This document shows, one piece after another, positions 1-9,815 of a stretch of DNA of 63,907 nt. The notes beneath the pieces are model-generated. The model saw nothing but the letters and a program-made list of their open reading frames with translations. It did not search any database and was not told the DNA's origin. The translations under genes were made by a program, and so were the position numbers. How positions within the stretch are numbered: position 1 is the stretch's first letter; the number at the start of each line of letters is the position of its first letter. The stretch is from a virus. Its lineage: Duplodnaviria; Caudoviricetes. Where the stretch lies: positions 1 to 63,907 of IMG/VR virus record IMGVR_UViG_3300021598_000858; one strand, 5' to 3'.

Positions 1-22
1 CGAAAATGTCTGCGTAAACGCT

Positions 23-1648
23 TTACTTTTCGTACTCTTCTGGTACTCGCCTCTGTGGGAGGACGGTTCCATAAGCTTCGGTTACCAACTTGTTGCGGAG
101 GTCTGCTTCGCCCATATCGGCGGCGGTAAGAGCCTCATCCATTGTCGGTGGTAGTACCGCTGGGGCTCCAGCAGCACCTGGCTGTAGTGGCTGACCTGGC
201 TTGCCCCCAGTCTCTGGGTTAGGCATAGTGCCAGTAAGTTCAGCAATTTCTTGTTCAATTTGAGTCTGTAGCAACTTAAGGGCGCCATCGGCTGTAGCGT
301 CGTCAAGGAGTTCCTGACGAATTTCATTAAGTTTTTCAGTTGGGAACTCTTCACCGAGGGTGCGAAGCGCACCTTCCTTAGACTCAAGACCTAGAGACAG
401 CATCGACTGGACTTCATTAAGCGCAATCAACTTGTCTAGTGGCAGAGGTTGTGGGAAATGTACATATGTGAGGTAAGTCAATGGGTCATTAGGGTCAAGT
501 CTGTCAACTTGTCCCTTCTTAAGTTTAACGTTTCTAGTTGGGTCCCAGATAAAAAGCTCTGGTTCTTTAATAGCAATACTTCTAAGTATTAGGTCATTAA
601 TGCGCTCAAGACCACGTGCATACTGAATAATCTTTTGGTGGTAGCGGTTCATTAAAGGCTGGAATTGGATAGACAGAGCAACGCCAGATGTGTTAGAGAT
701 AGGCTGTGCTTGACCTAAAGCAGTTTCAGGAATACCAATCATTTCGTGCATAGACTTCTTAAGCATTGCTAGGAAATCCATAGCGCCCTTAAGACCTTGT
801 GCTCCACCTTCTAGGTTTTCTACCTTTGCGTCTTTTGGTAGACCACCCCAGACCTTGTTAGCGCCCTTTTCCAATTGTGAAGCTTTGGCACCAATGATGA
901 CTGTGACGGGAGCAGCGTGATAATTAACGATGTCAGCGATGTCAGTAGCAGTCTCGTTATAAGTACGGTTAATATTAATAACGTCATGACAATCGCTAAG
1001 ACCCCAAGCATTTATATACTCCTCAATAATGTCATCAGTGAGGATTTCAGTATAAGTAAACACTTGACGTGTGCCTTCAAGAGAAGTACCCCAAAAACGA
1101 TACTTTAATTTAAAACGGATGAGACGTTCGCGGTCATGTGGGTGAAACTCTGGAAAACAAAAAGATGCGTTAAGCGGAAGAATACGAACACGTCCTGGGT
1201 GTCCAAAACCAGAGGAGTCTGTCCAAGCTTCTTCGTATGCTACTTTAACAAAACAGTCTCCAGATACAGAGCCTTGCTGTCCCATCTCCCAAAGAACTGT
1301 TGCTTTATTGTTATCTACTTCCCAAACTCTTTCTAAGATATCTGGAACAATTGCTTCTGTTTCTTTTGGGGAACGGAAATTAACACCTTTACCAAAGGTG
1401 AAGTTAATAATAAAATCTGTGAATGCTCGGTAGTAATTAAGTACTAGTTGAGCGTCGCCTACCTGCCTGCGATAGGAGTAGTGGTGGCCAAGATACATAG
1501 CCCAGTTAAGAGAATAACGATTAAGACGCGGACCATGAACTTCGAATTCTTCATCTGCAAGCTCCACCAATCCTAACGGGGAAATGGAAATAGTTAAGTC
1601 AGAGGACGCTGCCCTATAACTTGGGGGAGAAAAATCAATGCCGCTCAA
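23..1648 (-). CDS. Phage portal protein (SPP1 gp6-like)
   Basis: 541-aa ORF just downstream of terminase. Portal-type segments GDCFVKV, WGLSD...INRTYN and SNTSGVALSIQFQPL. Confidence 0.8.
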   Translation of the reverse strand: MSGIDFSPPSYRAASSDLTISISPLGLVELADEEFEVHGPRLNRYSLNWAMYLGHHYSYRRQVGDAQLVLNYYRAFTDFIINFTFGKGVNFRSPKETEAIVPDILERVWEVDNNKATVLWEMGQQGSVSGDCFVKVAYEEAWTDSSGFGHPGRVRILPLNASFCFPEFHPHDRERLIRFKLKYRFWGTSLEGTRQVFTYTEILTDDIIEEYINAWGLSDCHDVININRTYNETATDIADIVNYHAAPVTVIIGAKASQLEKGANKVWGGLPKDAKVENLEGGAQGLKGAMDFLAMLKKSMHEMIGIPETALGQAQPISNTSGVALSIQFQPLMNRYHQKIIQYARGLERINDLILRSIAIKEPELFIWDPTRNVKLKKGQVDRLDPNDPLTYLTYVHFPQPLPLDKLIALNEVQSMLSLGLESKEGALRTLGEEFPTEKLNEIRQELLDDATADGALKLLQTQIEQEIAELTGTMPNPETGGKPGQPLQPGAAGAPAVLPPTMDEALTAADMGEADLRNKLVTEAYGTVLPQRRVPEEYEK

Positions 1649-1699
1649 CTATCCACCTTTTTCTTAAAACAACCAGGAAAGGGTACCACGCTATTTATT

Positions 1700-2008
1700 T
1701 TAGCGGAAGCGCTCGCCTCTGATATTACCCTTACCCACCTTCTTGGTGACCTTCTTCTTTTGTTGGTCTTCCTTTTTCTTTTTTTCTTCAGCGGCGTAGT
1801 CGCGAAAACGAGGGTCTACTTCCCTCTTGGATTTAACATACTGACCACCAAGTTGATTATAACGAGAACGAACCCAGTGGGCGGCGGCAGGGGAAGGATA
1901 AGTGGTGAACTTGGCGCGAGCCTGCGCAACTACCATGTTATAAAGTTTTGGATTAGCAGGTTCCTGCTTTTCCGTCTTCTTTACTTCTTTACCTTGAATC
2001 AGTGCCAT
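1700..2008 (-). CDS. Hypothetical basic protein
   Basis: 102-aa Lys-rich ORF with AGGA RBS. Contains NPKLY...ARAKF..YPSPAA.HW..Y.QLGG. Confidence 0.6.
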   Translation of the reverse strand: MALIQGKEVKKTEKQEPANPKLYNMVVAQARAKFTTYPSPAAAHWVRSRYNQLGGQYVKSKREVDPRFRDYAAEEKKKKEDQQKKKVTKKVGKGNIRGERFR

Positions 2009-2079
2009 AGTTAATCCTTAAATAGAAAGAGGACCAACCCTGCGCTGGAATGTTGCGCAGGGGTGGGTTAGCTCTTTTA

Positions 2080-2478
2080 TTAGTCTTCGACTACTGCTGG
2101 GTTAGACTTATACTGGCGAGCGCCGTTGCGAACTTCTTGTTCGAAGCGGTTGTCACCGTGGTCTGCAAAAGCTCCAGCAGAAAACTCAGAAAGATTCTGT
2201 GGTGCTTCTACCCATGCAGCTGAACCAACGTGTGCACGCTCGCGCATTGTTTCCTCTGCGGTCTTTGTGTGCACTGGCTTATTACGATTAGGGCGTCCTG
2301 CAGCTGGCTCATAGCCCTGCATAGCACCATTAGTAAACTGTGTTGGGATGTCTGTATCTGTTGCAAGGCCTTCTTCAAAACGAAGTGGGCCACGCTGTCC
2401 AGGAGTCGCTGCAGAAACTTTACGGTCGTAAATATTTCCTGGACGCTCAGGGAACTTAGGGGTTGGGGCAATTGCCAT
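2080..2478 (-). CDS. Hypothetical protein, probably virion-associated
   Basis: 132-aa ORF with AGGAG RBS between terminase and portal, preceded by the CCTGAC-type promoter. Confidence 0.6.
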   Translation of the reverse strand: MAIAPTPKFPERPGNIYDRKVSAATPGQRGPLRFEEGLATDTDIPTQFTNGAMQGYEPAAGRPNRNKPVHTKTAEETMRERAHVGSAAWVEAPQNLSEFSAGAFADHGDNRFEQEVRNGARQYKSNPAVVED

Positions 2479-2518
2479 TTTTATACTCCTTATATAAAGG
2501 TTGAGGACCTCGTATAAA

Positions 2519-2552
2519 AGTGTCCTACGTATTTGCCGTAAAGTCAGGCTAA
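2519..2552 (-). promoter_or_regulatory. Putative phage late promoter (TTAGCCTGAC-N18-GACACT)
   Basis: The same CCTGAC-N18-nACAnT geometry recurs at 6647-6680 and 8758-8792, each ahead of a structural or lysis gene. Confidence 0.55.
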
Positions 2553-2560
2553 AGTAGTAA

Positions 2561-4148
2561 CTACCTAGAAAAGAACGGCGAGGTGGACACTTCTACGGAA
2601 GGCATGGTCATATCTAGGGTCAGGGACACGGCTATAGCCAAACTATCCGCATAATCGTCGTGGGCGTGGGCTTCGTCAGGGGAAGTTAGGTCCAGTAAAT
2701 TTAGTTTCCAAGTCTGTCATTTGTTGGTAAAAGCGTTTCCATGTGCGCAGTCTTCTAGTCTTTGCGTGAGCAGGCCAGCCAATCATTCGTCTGTCAATTA
2801 GAGCTTTTAGATGTTTCCAACGCTTAGATTGCTCGGGTTGGCTGCTGTTTAGGGCATGAACCTCTGCTCTTGGGAGGAGGAGTTTGAGTCGTTGAGCAAC
2901 TGCATCACCAACACCATTAGCGTCCACGCCAACAGCAAGTACGTCGTAATTCCCCAAAAAATTCGTGATTTGAAAATACTGGTCTTCCCAATCATCGCCT
3001 TGTAACTCCAACCAATTAAGGACACGGTGGTCAAAATACCCAAACTCATCTGGGCGGTCCCAATCTACCCAGACAACGGTAACAACAGTAGAGTCAAGTT
3101 TACGGGCTGGGTCAATCCCAACTACAACTGGGGAACGGTGCCAGGCTTTAACTGTCTCTTGAGATGTGTCTCCAAGTTCGTCCATGATTGCAGAGGTAAC
3201 GAACATTCCTCTTTCAAGTAGCCACTTACAGTTATAAGACATCTGAAACTCATCAGAGTCTTCTCCGATACGTAGCATCTCTTTCTTTATGAACTTTGCG
3301 TAGTTAGCGTTGTACTTAGAGACATCTTTGTAGTCCCACTCAAAGTGGTTCATACGAACAGACCTTGCTGTCTGTCTGCGTTTATTTAATTGGATAGAGC
3401 GATAAAAGTTATTTTTACTTGTAGTAGGGGTTCCCGTTTTAACCATGGTTCCTGAGTAGTAAGCCAACATAGGAGAGATTGATTTAGAGACTACAAAGTC
3501 ATCCGCTTCTTGACACTCATCAATAACAATAAGGTGAAAGGACTTAGACTCAATCTTTGCACGTGGGTTAGCAGTCATCATCATGAGGCTACTGCCTGAG
3601 TTTTTTAACTTTATCTGTCGTGTAACTCCAGGCACCTTACCCAGGCTATCGTCAATCTCTGGGTCGCCCATGATTTCTTGCGCTCGCTCGCTAGTAAGCC
3701 TATTAACAGTTCTACCAAATAGAGTTTCTACCTGACCTTCAACAGGAGCAAACATACCTACCCAAATACCATCTTTAAATTGACCAAGTAAATCTGGATA
3801 CATTTTTGCAAGGCGAGGTAATAGAACCATTAATGTAGCTACGGTGTTAGCAATAGTTTCTGATTTACCTGACTGACGTGCTGCGAGTGCTGTTATTTCT
3901 TCGCCGTCATTGATGATTACCGACTCAATGATGCGACGTGCTAAAGGCATTTGATATGGGTGCAACTCGTGCCCAACTAGGGCATTCATAAAAGTAATAG
4001 TTTTATCTATAAGCTTTTTAACAAATTCTTTGGAGAGCTCATCTAGTTCCTCTTCGGGCTCTTCTTGAGAAACCTCTTCTTCATCATCTAACTCATCGTC
4101 AGGAAAGAATTGGTCGTCTTCATCTTCTAGCACGTTGTAGTTCTCCAT
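2561..4148 (-). CDS. terL: Terminase large subunit; frame broken at ~2680
   Basis: Walker A ARQSGKS, Walker B IVIDE, coupling motif TGTP and nuclease GIDPA. The ORF stops at 2676, but the +1 frame 2680-2561 encodes PDEAHAHDDYADSLAIA..., the conserved final nuclease motif. Confidence 0.9.
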
Positions 4149-4253
4149 ATGGAAAGTTTAGGGGAAAACAAAAAACCTGGATTCATAAAACCCAGGCTTT
4201 TTGGCCATCACACGGGAGAGGAAGAGAGAGGCAAGACTAAGTCTATCATAATC

Positions 4254-4499
4254 CTATTTGATAGTCACGCGGCGATGCAACTCGTCAATGACGGCATGCA
4301 AAGCTTCAGAGCCTTTTAAAGCCTCGTCAATATATAGCTGGTCCCTGTTTTTAGAGTAACCAGACATGCATCTAGATATTTCAATCATTGCCTGCTCTGC
4401 CCACATCTCTAGTTCGGCAGTAGGTATTCTGGAGACTCTTTTGGCAACTTTTTCAGGGAAAGGCTTTACCCAAGGTTCTTTTTTAAAAAAACTCATCAT
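4254..4499 (-). CDS. Hypothetical protein
   Basis: 81-aa ORF overlapping its upstream neighbour in a co-oriented run. Confidence 0.6.
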   Translation of the reverse strand: MMSFFKKEPWVKPFPEKVAKRVSRIPTAELEMWAEQAMIEISRCMSGYSKNRDQLYIDEALKGSEALHAVIDELHRRVTIK

Positions 4500-4773
4500 A
4501 TGCTCCGTCCTCAGGTACCCAGGCTTTTCTGCCCTTCATGGCGTCTAAGAATATCTTATCTATAGCCTCGTCGTCATCAGGCGACACTTCTGGCTTGCTG
4601 TAAAAGATACCACAATAGTACCCAGGCTCTGTAAAAGGAGCCCTTACAACTAGACACTTGCCTTTACGAAAAGGGTAGTCAGTTTCTTGGGTTGTACCAA
4701 CCTCTATTACTGGTAAGGCTTTTTTATGCCAGTATCTGAGTTTGCCTACATATAGTGGTCCAAATGATTTCAA
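4483..4773 (-). CDS. Hypothetical protein
   Basis: 96-aa ORF tightly packed in the run. Confidence 0.55.
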   Translation of the reverse strand: MKSFGPLYVGKLRYWHKKALPVIEVGTTQETDYPFRKGKCLVVRAPFTEPGYYCGIFYSKPEVSPDDDEAIDKIFLDAMKGRKAWVPEDGAYDEFF

Positions 4774-4776
4774 GGT

Positions 4777-5277
4777 TTAGAACTCCGTATCTGCCTGCAT
4801 TCTCTTTGATACTTCTGCTGCATAGCTTAGCAACTCTTTTGATGATGCGGATAGCCCACCGTCTTCTGGCAAGTCTGAAACATTTGCAGGCCCCATATCT
4901 GGCCAAGCGTCTAATCCGCTTTCTCTAAGATATTTACCTGTTGAATCTGTTGTTTGTAAGTTTTGCCAATGAATGGCAGGACAGTTTCTATACTCCCACC
5001 AAGTTCCATCTCTAAACACAACATACAGGGTGTTAGTCTCGGAGTTGTACGCAATAGCCTGCGCTCTTGGACGAGATGGGTTAGAAGTGTTTGCTGTTAC
5101 TTGTCTAAATCCTTGAGATATCTCCATAGGGATAGCGGCAGAGAACGCCTTATCAATTGGTGATTCAACACCAAGTTTTTCAGCAAATGCTTGAGATAGG
5201 TTTAATACCCTATTAGATTGGTCAGCAGCACGCCTAAAGTAATTAGGGTTGTTATAACTCTTGTACTTCTTCGGCAT
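4777..5277 (-). CDS. KTSC-domain protein
   Basis: IAYNSETNTLYVVFRDGTWWEYRNCP...L...STGKYL matches the KTSC pattern. Confidence 0.75.
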   Translation of the reverse strand: MPKKYKSYNNPNYFRRAADQSNRVLNLSQAFAEKLGVESPIDKAFSAAIPMEISQGFRQVTANTSNPSRPRAQAIAYNSETNTLYVVFRDGTWWEYRNCPAIHWQNLQTTDSTGKYLRESGLDAWPDMGPANVSDLPEDGGLSASSKELLSYAAEVSKRMQADTEF

Positions 5278-5542
5278 CTTCGTCTACGTCCTTGCAGATA
5301 TGGTCTTTAGTCTCAGACTGTAGCACTTTTTCAAAACAACGAGAACAGCGCATAACACGCTCATAATTATTTTGTACGGTGCCGCCTACGGGCACGTCTG
5401 CGCCGTCTTCGCCATAGGCAGGCTGATAGTCAGTGACTATACGCTGTTCTCTAAAAAGCTCTTTAGGAAAAGGGCCTTGTGGTTCCATTATCCTGTCTGG
5501 GACGGGGTGAACCTGTACAGCTTGTCTTCTAATTACCTTCAT
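5252..5542 (-). CDS. Hypothetical protein with C-terminal CxxC/HxC Zn site
   Basis: CSRC...HIC motif; overlaps both neighbours. Confidence 0.55.
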   Translation of the reverse strand: MKVIRRQAVQVHPVPDRIMEPQGPFPKELFREQRIVTDYQPAYGEDGADVPVGGTVQNNYERVMRCSRCFEKVLQSETKDHICKDVDEDAEEVQEL

Positions 5543-5756
5543 CTGCCGAAGTTGCTTCTTCTTTTACTTCAGCTTTTTTACGTGGCTTTTCAGTCCCAGG
5601 TATCTGCTCGACTAGTGGAAAGTGACCAGCCTCTGCTCTTTCTACCAACCATGATGGTAGACAGTCAGTGCAGTAGTTAACAGCGTTTACTCCAGGGTCA
5701 GCGCAAGTATAGGTTGCTGACTTATCGCAATTATCGCATTGTACTTTTGATGCCAT
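5529..5756 (-). CDS. Small Zn-finger protein
   Basis: CDNC...YCTDCLP motif; AGGAAAG RBS. Confidence 0.6.
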   Translation of the reverse strand: MASKVQCDNCDKSATYTCADPGVNAVNYCTDCLPSWLVERAEAGHFPLVEQIPGTEKPRKKAEVKEEATSADEGN

Positions 5757-5767
5757 GTTTGCTTTCC

Positions 5768-6049
5768 TTACTTCTTCTTAGCTGATTTTTTAATTTCAGC
5801 TGCAATTTTCTTAGTAATTTCAGCAGCAGCGGCGTCTGCAACGCGGCCAAATGCTGGGTCTTTCTTGTTTACCCAACGAAGTGCGACTGGCACTAAAGAT
5901 GCCCAAAGAGCATTAGCTACTAAAAGCCACTCTGAAGCTCCAAAAGCTAGCGGGGTTGCTGCACCACTAGTTTGCATAACAATCATTACTGCACCAATAA
6001 CTTGACCAAGCAAGTTACGTGCGTAGGATTCCAAAACTGCTTTGTTCAT
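5768..6049 (-). CDS. Putative holin
   Basis: Start MNKAVLESYARN after AAGGAG. Two hydrophobic segments and a basic C-terminus; directly follows the endolysin. Confidence 0.65.
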   Translation of the reverse strand: MNKAVLESYARNLLGQVIGAVMIVMQTSGAATPLAFGASEWLLVANALWASLVPVALRWVNKKDPAFGRVADAAAAEITKKIAAEIKKSAKKK

Positions 6050-6059
6050 ATTTAGCTCC

Positions 6060-6620
6060 TTATCGAATTGACTGCTTGCAAGTAGGACAGACGTTTGCTT
6101 CTGTTGCTGGCGCAGCAGCGGTACTTCCAGCAAATTTAGGACGACCAAAACCAACAATTCCAACTGTTAGTTTTTTAGCGTTGTTCTTTTTATAAGCGCG
6201 AATCTTTTTGCAACATTCGCCGCCATTGCGCTGATTACCCTTAGGGTCTCCTGCGGTATTTCCTTCTACGCAGGTTACAGTTCCATCTCCGTTGTCTTTT
6301 ACAACGATACCAACGTGTGAAATTCTATCGACGCCATCTGCTGGGAAATCAAAATAAACGATGTCTCCAGGCTGTGGATTATCTTCAAACCAGCGGCCAG
6401 ACTTTTTAAAAGACGCAGCGCCCGCTGGGGTATAAACAGTATTTGGAACTTTTACGCCAGCTTCGTTGGCGCACCACATAACAAAGCTGCCGCACCATGG
6501 CTGATAATTGGCTTTAGTAAATTTACCGTATTTGGTCTCGTTGTCCTTTGGACCTTCGATGTATCCAACCTCGGCTAGAGCAACTTCTACAAGTCTAGCG
6601 GCGGTACCTTGTTCTGCCAT
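6060..6620 (-). CDS. Endolysin, CHAP-domain amidase/peptidase
   Basis: PWCGSFV (catalytic Cys), PGDIVYF, SHVGIV (catalytic His), VEGN. Confidence 0.9.
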   Translation of the reverse strand: MAEQGTAARLVEVALAEVGYIEGPKDNETKYGKFTKANYQPWCGSFVMWCANEAGVKVPNTVYTPAGAASFKKSGRWFEDNPQPGDIVYFDFPADGVDRISHVGIVVKDNGDGTVTCVEGNTAGDPKGNQRNGGECCKKIRAYKKNNAKKLTVGIVGFGRPKFAGSTAAAPATEANVCPTCKQSIR

Positions 6621-6646
6621 GAAAATCTCCTTTTAAGTCAACTACT

Positions 6647-6680
6647 AGTGTGCCTCAGGAGAAATGTAATGTCAGGCTAA
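6647..6680 (-). promoter_or_regulatory. Putative phage late promoter (TTAGCCTGAC-N18-CACACT)
   Basis: Second copy of the motif, upstream of the endolysin. Confidence 0.55.
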
Positions 6681-6681
6681 A

Positions 6682-6933
6682 TTACTCTTTTCCGTCTTCT
6701 AGGTGCTGGGTAAAACGGCCCTCTAGACGGGCTACAGATATCCGTAGGTCGGTTAGCTCTGCGTGAATCTTATTAATGGTGTCCTTCATCGAGGAGCCCC
6801 CATTGGGCTTCAACTCGTGGACGTAATTTTTTAGGTAGTTTCTTAATACCCACGATGTGGCTGCGACAAGTGCGGCGCCAAATGCGGATAAGCTAGCTAG
6901 AGTAGCTGCCCAATCCATTAACGACATCTGCAT
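6682..6933 (-). CDS. Membrane protein of the lysis cassette
   Basis: N-terminal TM segment, ELKPNGGSSMKD motif typical of actinophage lysis-region proteins, then coiled coil. Confidence 0.6.
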   Translation of the reverse strand: MQMSLMDWAATLASLSAFGAALVAATSWVLRNYLKNYVHELKPNGGSSMKDTINKIHAELTDLRISVARLEGRFTQHLEDGKE

Positions 6934-7114
6934 AAATTCCTTTGATAGTTAAATATAGAATACGCATGTATGTCGTCCGTGTAGCAATAAAATGCAGAAA
7001 TACCGTATTTATATTAAATACTGAGATTTTCTTTATGTCAGCGTAAAAAAAATATTTTTTCTAAGCGTGGCTTAACTTGACCGTGGCTGTAACTCTGTGG
7101 CAGTCTAGACCTTG

Positions 7115-7139
7115 AAAGGCTCCAGTAATGGAGCCTTTT
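7115..7139 (+). promoter_or_regulatory. Leader hairpin between promoter and transglycosylase RBS
   Basis: AAAGGCTCCA-GTAA-TGGAGCCTTT lies downstream of a TTGACC-N18-CAGTCT promoter-like sequence. Confidence 0.5.
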
Positions 7140-7163
7140 GCCACTACTGAGAGGAGCAATCAA

Positions 7164-7712
7164 ATGCTTAATATCAGCAAAGAGCAAACAAGCCAGCTGG
7201 CAATTATCGTGGCCTATGTCATGGTATTGATTGGGAGCCCTGTTGTACTTGCAGCAGCAAGAGCAGAAACGGTTACCCAAGAAACAGTGCGACCACAAGT
7301 CGTAGTTGTTGACCCGTTGGCTAAGTTTAAGGACGCCAAGTCATTAGACAAAGGTGAACTTAAAGACCTGCTTCAAGCGGTCGGGTTTGAGGGAAAGGCC
7401 CTCAGGACTGCTTGGGCTGTTGCGATGAAAGAATCCAATGGCCGACCTATTGCCCACAACGACAATACGAACACGGGAGACAACTCATATGGCGTCTTCC
7501 AAATCAATATGCTTGGTGACCTAGGAGCGGATAGGCGAGAAAAATTCAACCTAAAATCTAACAAAGACCTCCTTGACCCTGTAGCAAACGCAAAGATTGC
7601 GTACTACATGTCAAATCAAGGACAGGACTGGACATCGTGGAAGGTGTACCCAGGCCAGACAAATGGAGAAAGATTCGAAAACTTCTATAAGGAGTTTCCG
7701 ACAATAGACTAG
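7164..7712 (+). CDS. Secreted lytic transglycosylase (SLT/lysozyme-like)
   Basis: Signal/TM N-terminus after GAGGAG RBS. AMKESNG (catalytic Glu), SYGVFQIN, LLDPVANAKIA, WTSW. Confidence 0.8.
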   Translation: MLNISKEQTSQLAIIVAYVMVLIGSPVVLAAARAETVTQETVRPQVVVVDPLAKFKDAKSLDKGELKDLLQAVGFEGKALRTAWAVAMKESNGRPIAHNDNTNTGDNSYGVFQINMLGDLGADRREKFNLKSNKDLLDPVANAKIAYYMSNQGQDWTSWKVYPGQTNGERFENFYKEFPTID

Positions 7713-7720
7713 TTTAAAAG

Positions 7721-7755
7721 AAAAAAGCCCCCTGCAGAACGCGGGGGGCTTTTTT
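7721..7755. terminator. Bidirectional intrinsic terminator
   Basis: AAAAAAGCCCCCTGC-loop-GCGGGGGGCTTTTTT between convergent genes. Confidence 0.85.
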
Positions 7756-7766
7756 GTTGGGCGCTA

Positions 7767-8701
7767 TTAGGAAGCAGCAGCCCAAGGGGTGATAGTAATT
7801 GTTGCGTTGCGGTTGTAGCAACACCAGCAGCGGCTGCAGCTGTTGACTGAGCCTTGATTGTTCCAGCAACTGCCACAACTGCTCCAGTAATGCCTGTAAG
7901 AGCCAATGCTGTAGTTGCTGTGGTTGTGACTGTGAAGGTGTTGTCGGTGAGTTTGGTGATGGTATATGTTCCGTTAACAGAAGCATCAACAGATGAGATT
8001 GTGACCTTGTTACCAGTAACAAATCCGTGTGATGAGTCTGTGATTGTTGTAACGCCAGAACCTGCTGTACGAGAAGCTGCTGTTACAACGCCTGCAGCGT
8101 TTGTAGCTGCTGTAGCTGTAGTGATATTAGCTAGCTCGTAACCAGCGTCCTGTAGGGCATCCAAAGCTACTGCTGTTGTCATACCAAGAACGTCAGGAAC
8201 GATGATGTTTCCAAGACCTACGCCATCAGCTGCTGAAACAGCAGTTGTTGACTCAACCTTGCCGCGCTGACCTGTAATAAGGCCGCCGTTAGCTGCATTA
8301 GTAACTGTAAACTGTAGGGCGTTAGCGCTTGCTACAGTTGCGCTTGAAAGATTGTATGAAGATGCTGTAAGCCCAGTAATGTTTACGACGTCACCAGCGG
8401 CAAGCTTATTCTGTGCTTTGTAGGTAACAGTTGTTCCATTTCCTGAAGCTTCGGTAACCATATAGTTACCTGCAGCTGGAATAAATGAAGGGTATCCAGC
8501 CCAACCAGCCTCAACATTTGAGTGGTTATCTACAGCAGGGTTTAGACGAGCGCTTGCAACTTTGGTGGTTTGAGCCCAACCATAGTCGCCCGTAGAGCCG
8601 CCTGTGTTTGTAATGGTCGCTGCTCGGTCGTCGTTTGGTTGCATAGGGATATTGCCCCATACAAAATCAACGGCCTGTCGACCTGAAGAGTCTACTGACA
8701 T
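7767..8701 (-). CDS. Ala/Thr-rich virion (tail/decoration) protein; frameshifted near its end
   Basis: Beta-rich repeats and a PASTA-like VPDVLGMT segment. The GTTGC duplication at 7801-7810 shifts the frame; without it the protein ends ITITPWAAAS* at 7767, before the terminator. Confidence 0.6.
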
Positions 8702-8757
8702 GTTGTACCTATTCTCTAGAGTGGTAGTGAACGCCTGATATCGGGGGCGCCTTTCCT

Positions 8758-8792
8758 ATTGTCTAAGAGTATTTACGGCTTGTCAGGGCTAA
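8758..8792 (-). promoter_or_regulatory. Putative phage late promoter (CCTGAC-N18-GACAAT)
   Basis: Third copy of the motif. Confidence 0.5.
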
Positions 8793-9815
8793 CTACTCAT
8801 CAGAGGGATGAGGCGGCATGCCTTTTCTAGAAGGGTGTGGAGGAACACCGCGATACTTTATGAAGTCCATGCTTACGCTTTTATAATAGTCTCCTGATAT
8901 AGACATCCAAACTTTATCCATACCAGTTACCTCAAAAAACTCCTCTACCTTTTGTAGGGGCACATCTTCTAAGCCCTTTAAAATCCTGCCTAAATGATTT
9001 GTAGCCTCAACTACATGTTTCCAGTAAGCGTCGCTTCTACTGTCTCCCCACGGCCTTCTAACCCTCTTTGTCTCATCTCTTAGAGGGGCGTCATGGTGTT
9101 GGTGAAATACATCCTTAGCGCCAACCGCATAGACAGACCATCCTTTAGCAAATGTTCTAAGTGATTGATTAAACTCCTCAGTATTAAAAGAACCCGCACC
9201 ATCAACCCCAACTTCATCTACCCAAGCTTTTGGAGCAAATATGTACATGCAGGTAGTCCAATAAGTTTTGGCAATTTCAGTGCCGCGAAGACCAGCGTAA
9301 CCAGGGAACTCATATCCAGGAGCCAAACTGCTGTAATGCGTGGCACGTCTACCAAACAGGGTCTCGTCTTCCCAGATTCCCCAAACATCTACTCCATCTA
9401 CCGTAGAGTAGGATGGAGGAGCATAACAGACCATGACTTTTTCTTCTGGGAAAGCAGCTGTTAAATATAAATAGTTTGATAACCCTCTTTTGTCCCAGCC
9501 AGGTCTTCCCCTTGAGTGGGAGTCAAACTGAATAAAATAATCGTAATCAAAATCTACTTGTGTAGCTAGATTTCTAGCCCAGCACAGGCCGCCGTAATAC
9601 TCAGTTGCTGGATAATACCTGTAGATTAAATTAGACTCGGGTATAAAAGAAAAGTCTTTTGGTTCGTCATCCTCATCTACAAGGGAAAACACAAGTGAGT
9701 CTTTAAACTCTGCTGTTTCCCAAAGAGACTTTACAGTTGCATAAAACTCGGGGTCTTTATAACTAGCTATGCTTACTAGTATCTTGGGATTGTTCATTTG
9801 ACTCCTCAAGGTCAT
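8793..9815 (-). CDS. GT-A glycosyltransferase, GT60-like (Skp1-hydroxyproline/polypeptide GlcNAc-transferase family)
   Basis: ILVSIASYKDPE, GLCWARNL, YFIQFDSHSR..GWD (DxH metal motif), F.TEE...SLR.F.KGW..Y. Confidence 0.75.
   Translation of the reverse strand: MTLRSQMNNPKILVSIASYKDPEFYATVKSLWETAEFKDSLVFSLVDEDDEPKDFSFIPESNLIYRYYPATEYYGGLCWARNLATQVDFDYDYFIQFDSHSRGRPGWDKRGLSNYLYLTAAFPEEKVMVCYAPPSYSTVDGVDVWGIWEDETLFGRRATHYSSLAPGYEFPGYAGLRGTEIAKTYWTTCMYIFAPKAWVDEVGVDGAGSFNTEEFNQSLRTFAKGWSVYAVGAKDVFHQHHDAPLRDETKRVRRPWGDSRSDAYWKHVVEATNHLGRILKGLEDVPLQKVEEFFEVTGMDKVWMSISGDYYKSVSMDFIKYRGVPPHPSRKGMPPHPSDE

Noticed and set aside
990-1030. Suspected in-frame gap in the portal (EEYIN/AWGLSD), and similarly in the MerR-like gene near 54040
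   Set aside because: Based only on my recollection that homologues are longer here; it cannot be shown from this sequence without an alignment.
7020-7163. c-di-AMP (ydaO) riboswitch before the transglycosylase
   Set aside because: The leader is too short and shows only one simple hairpin.
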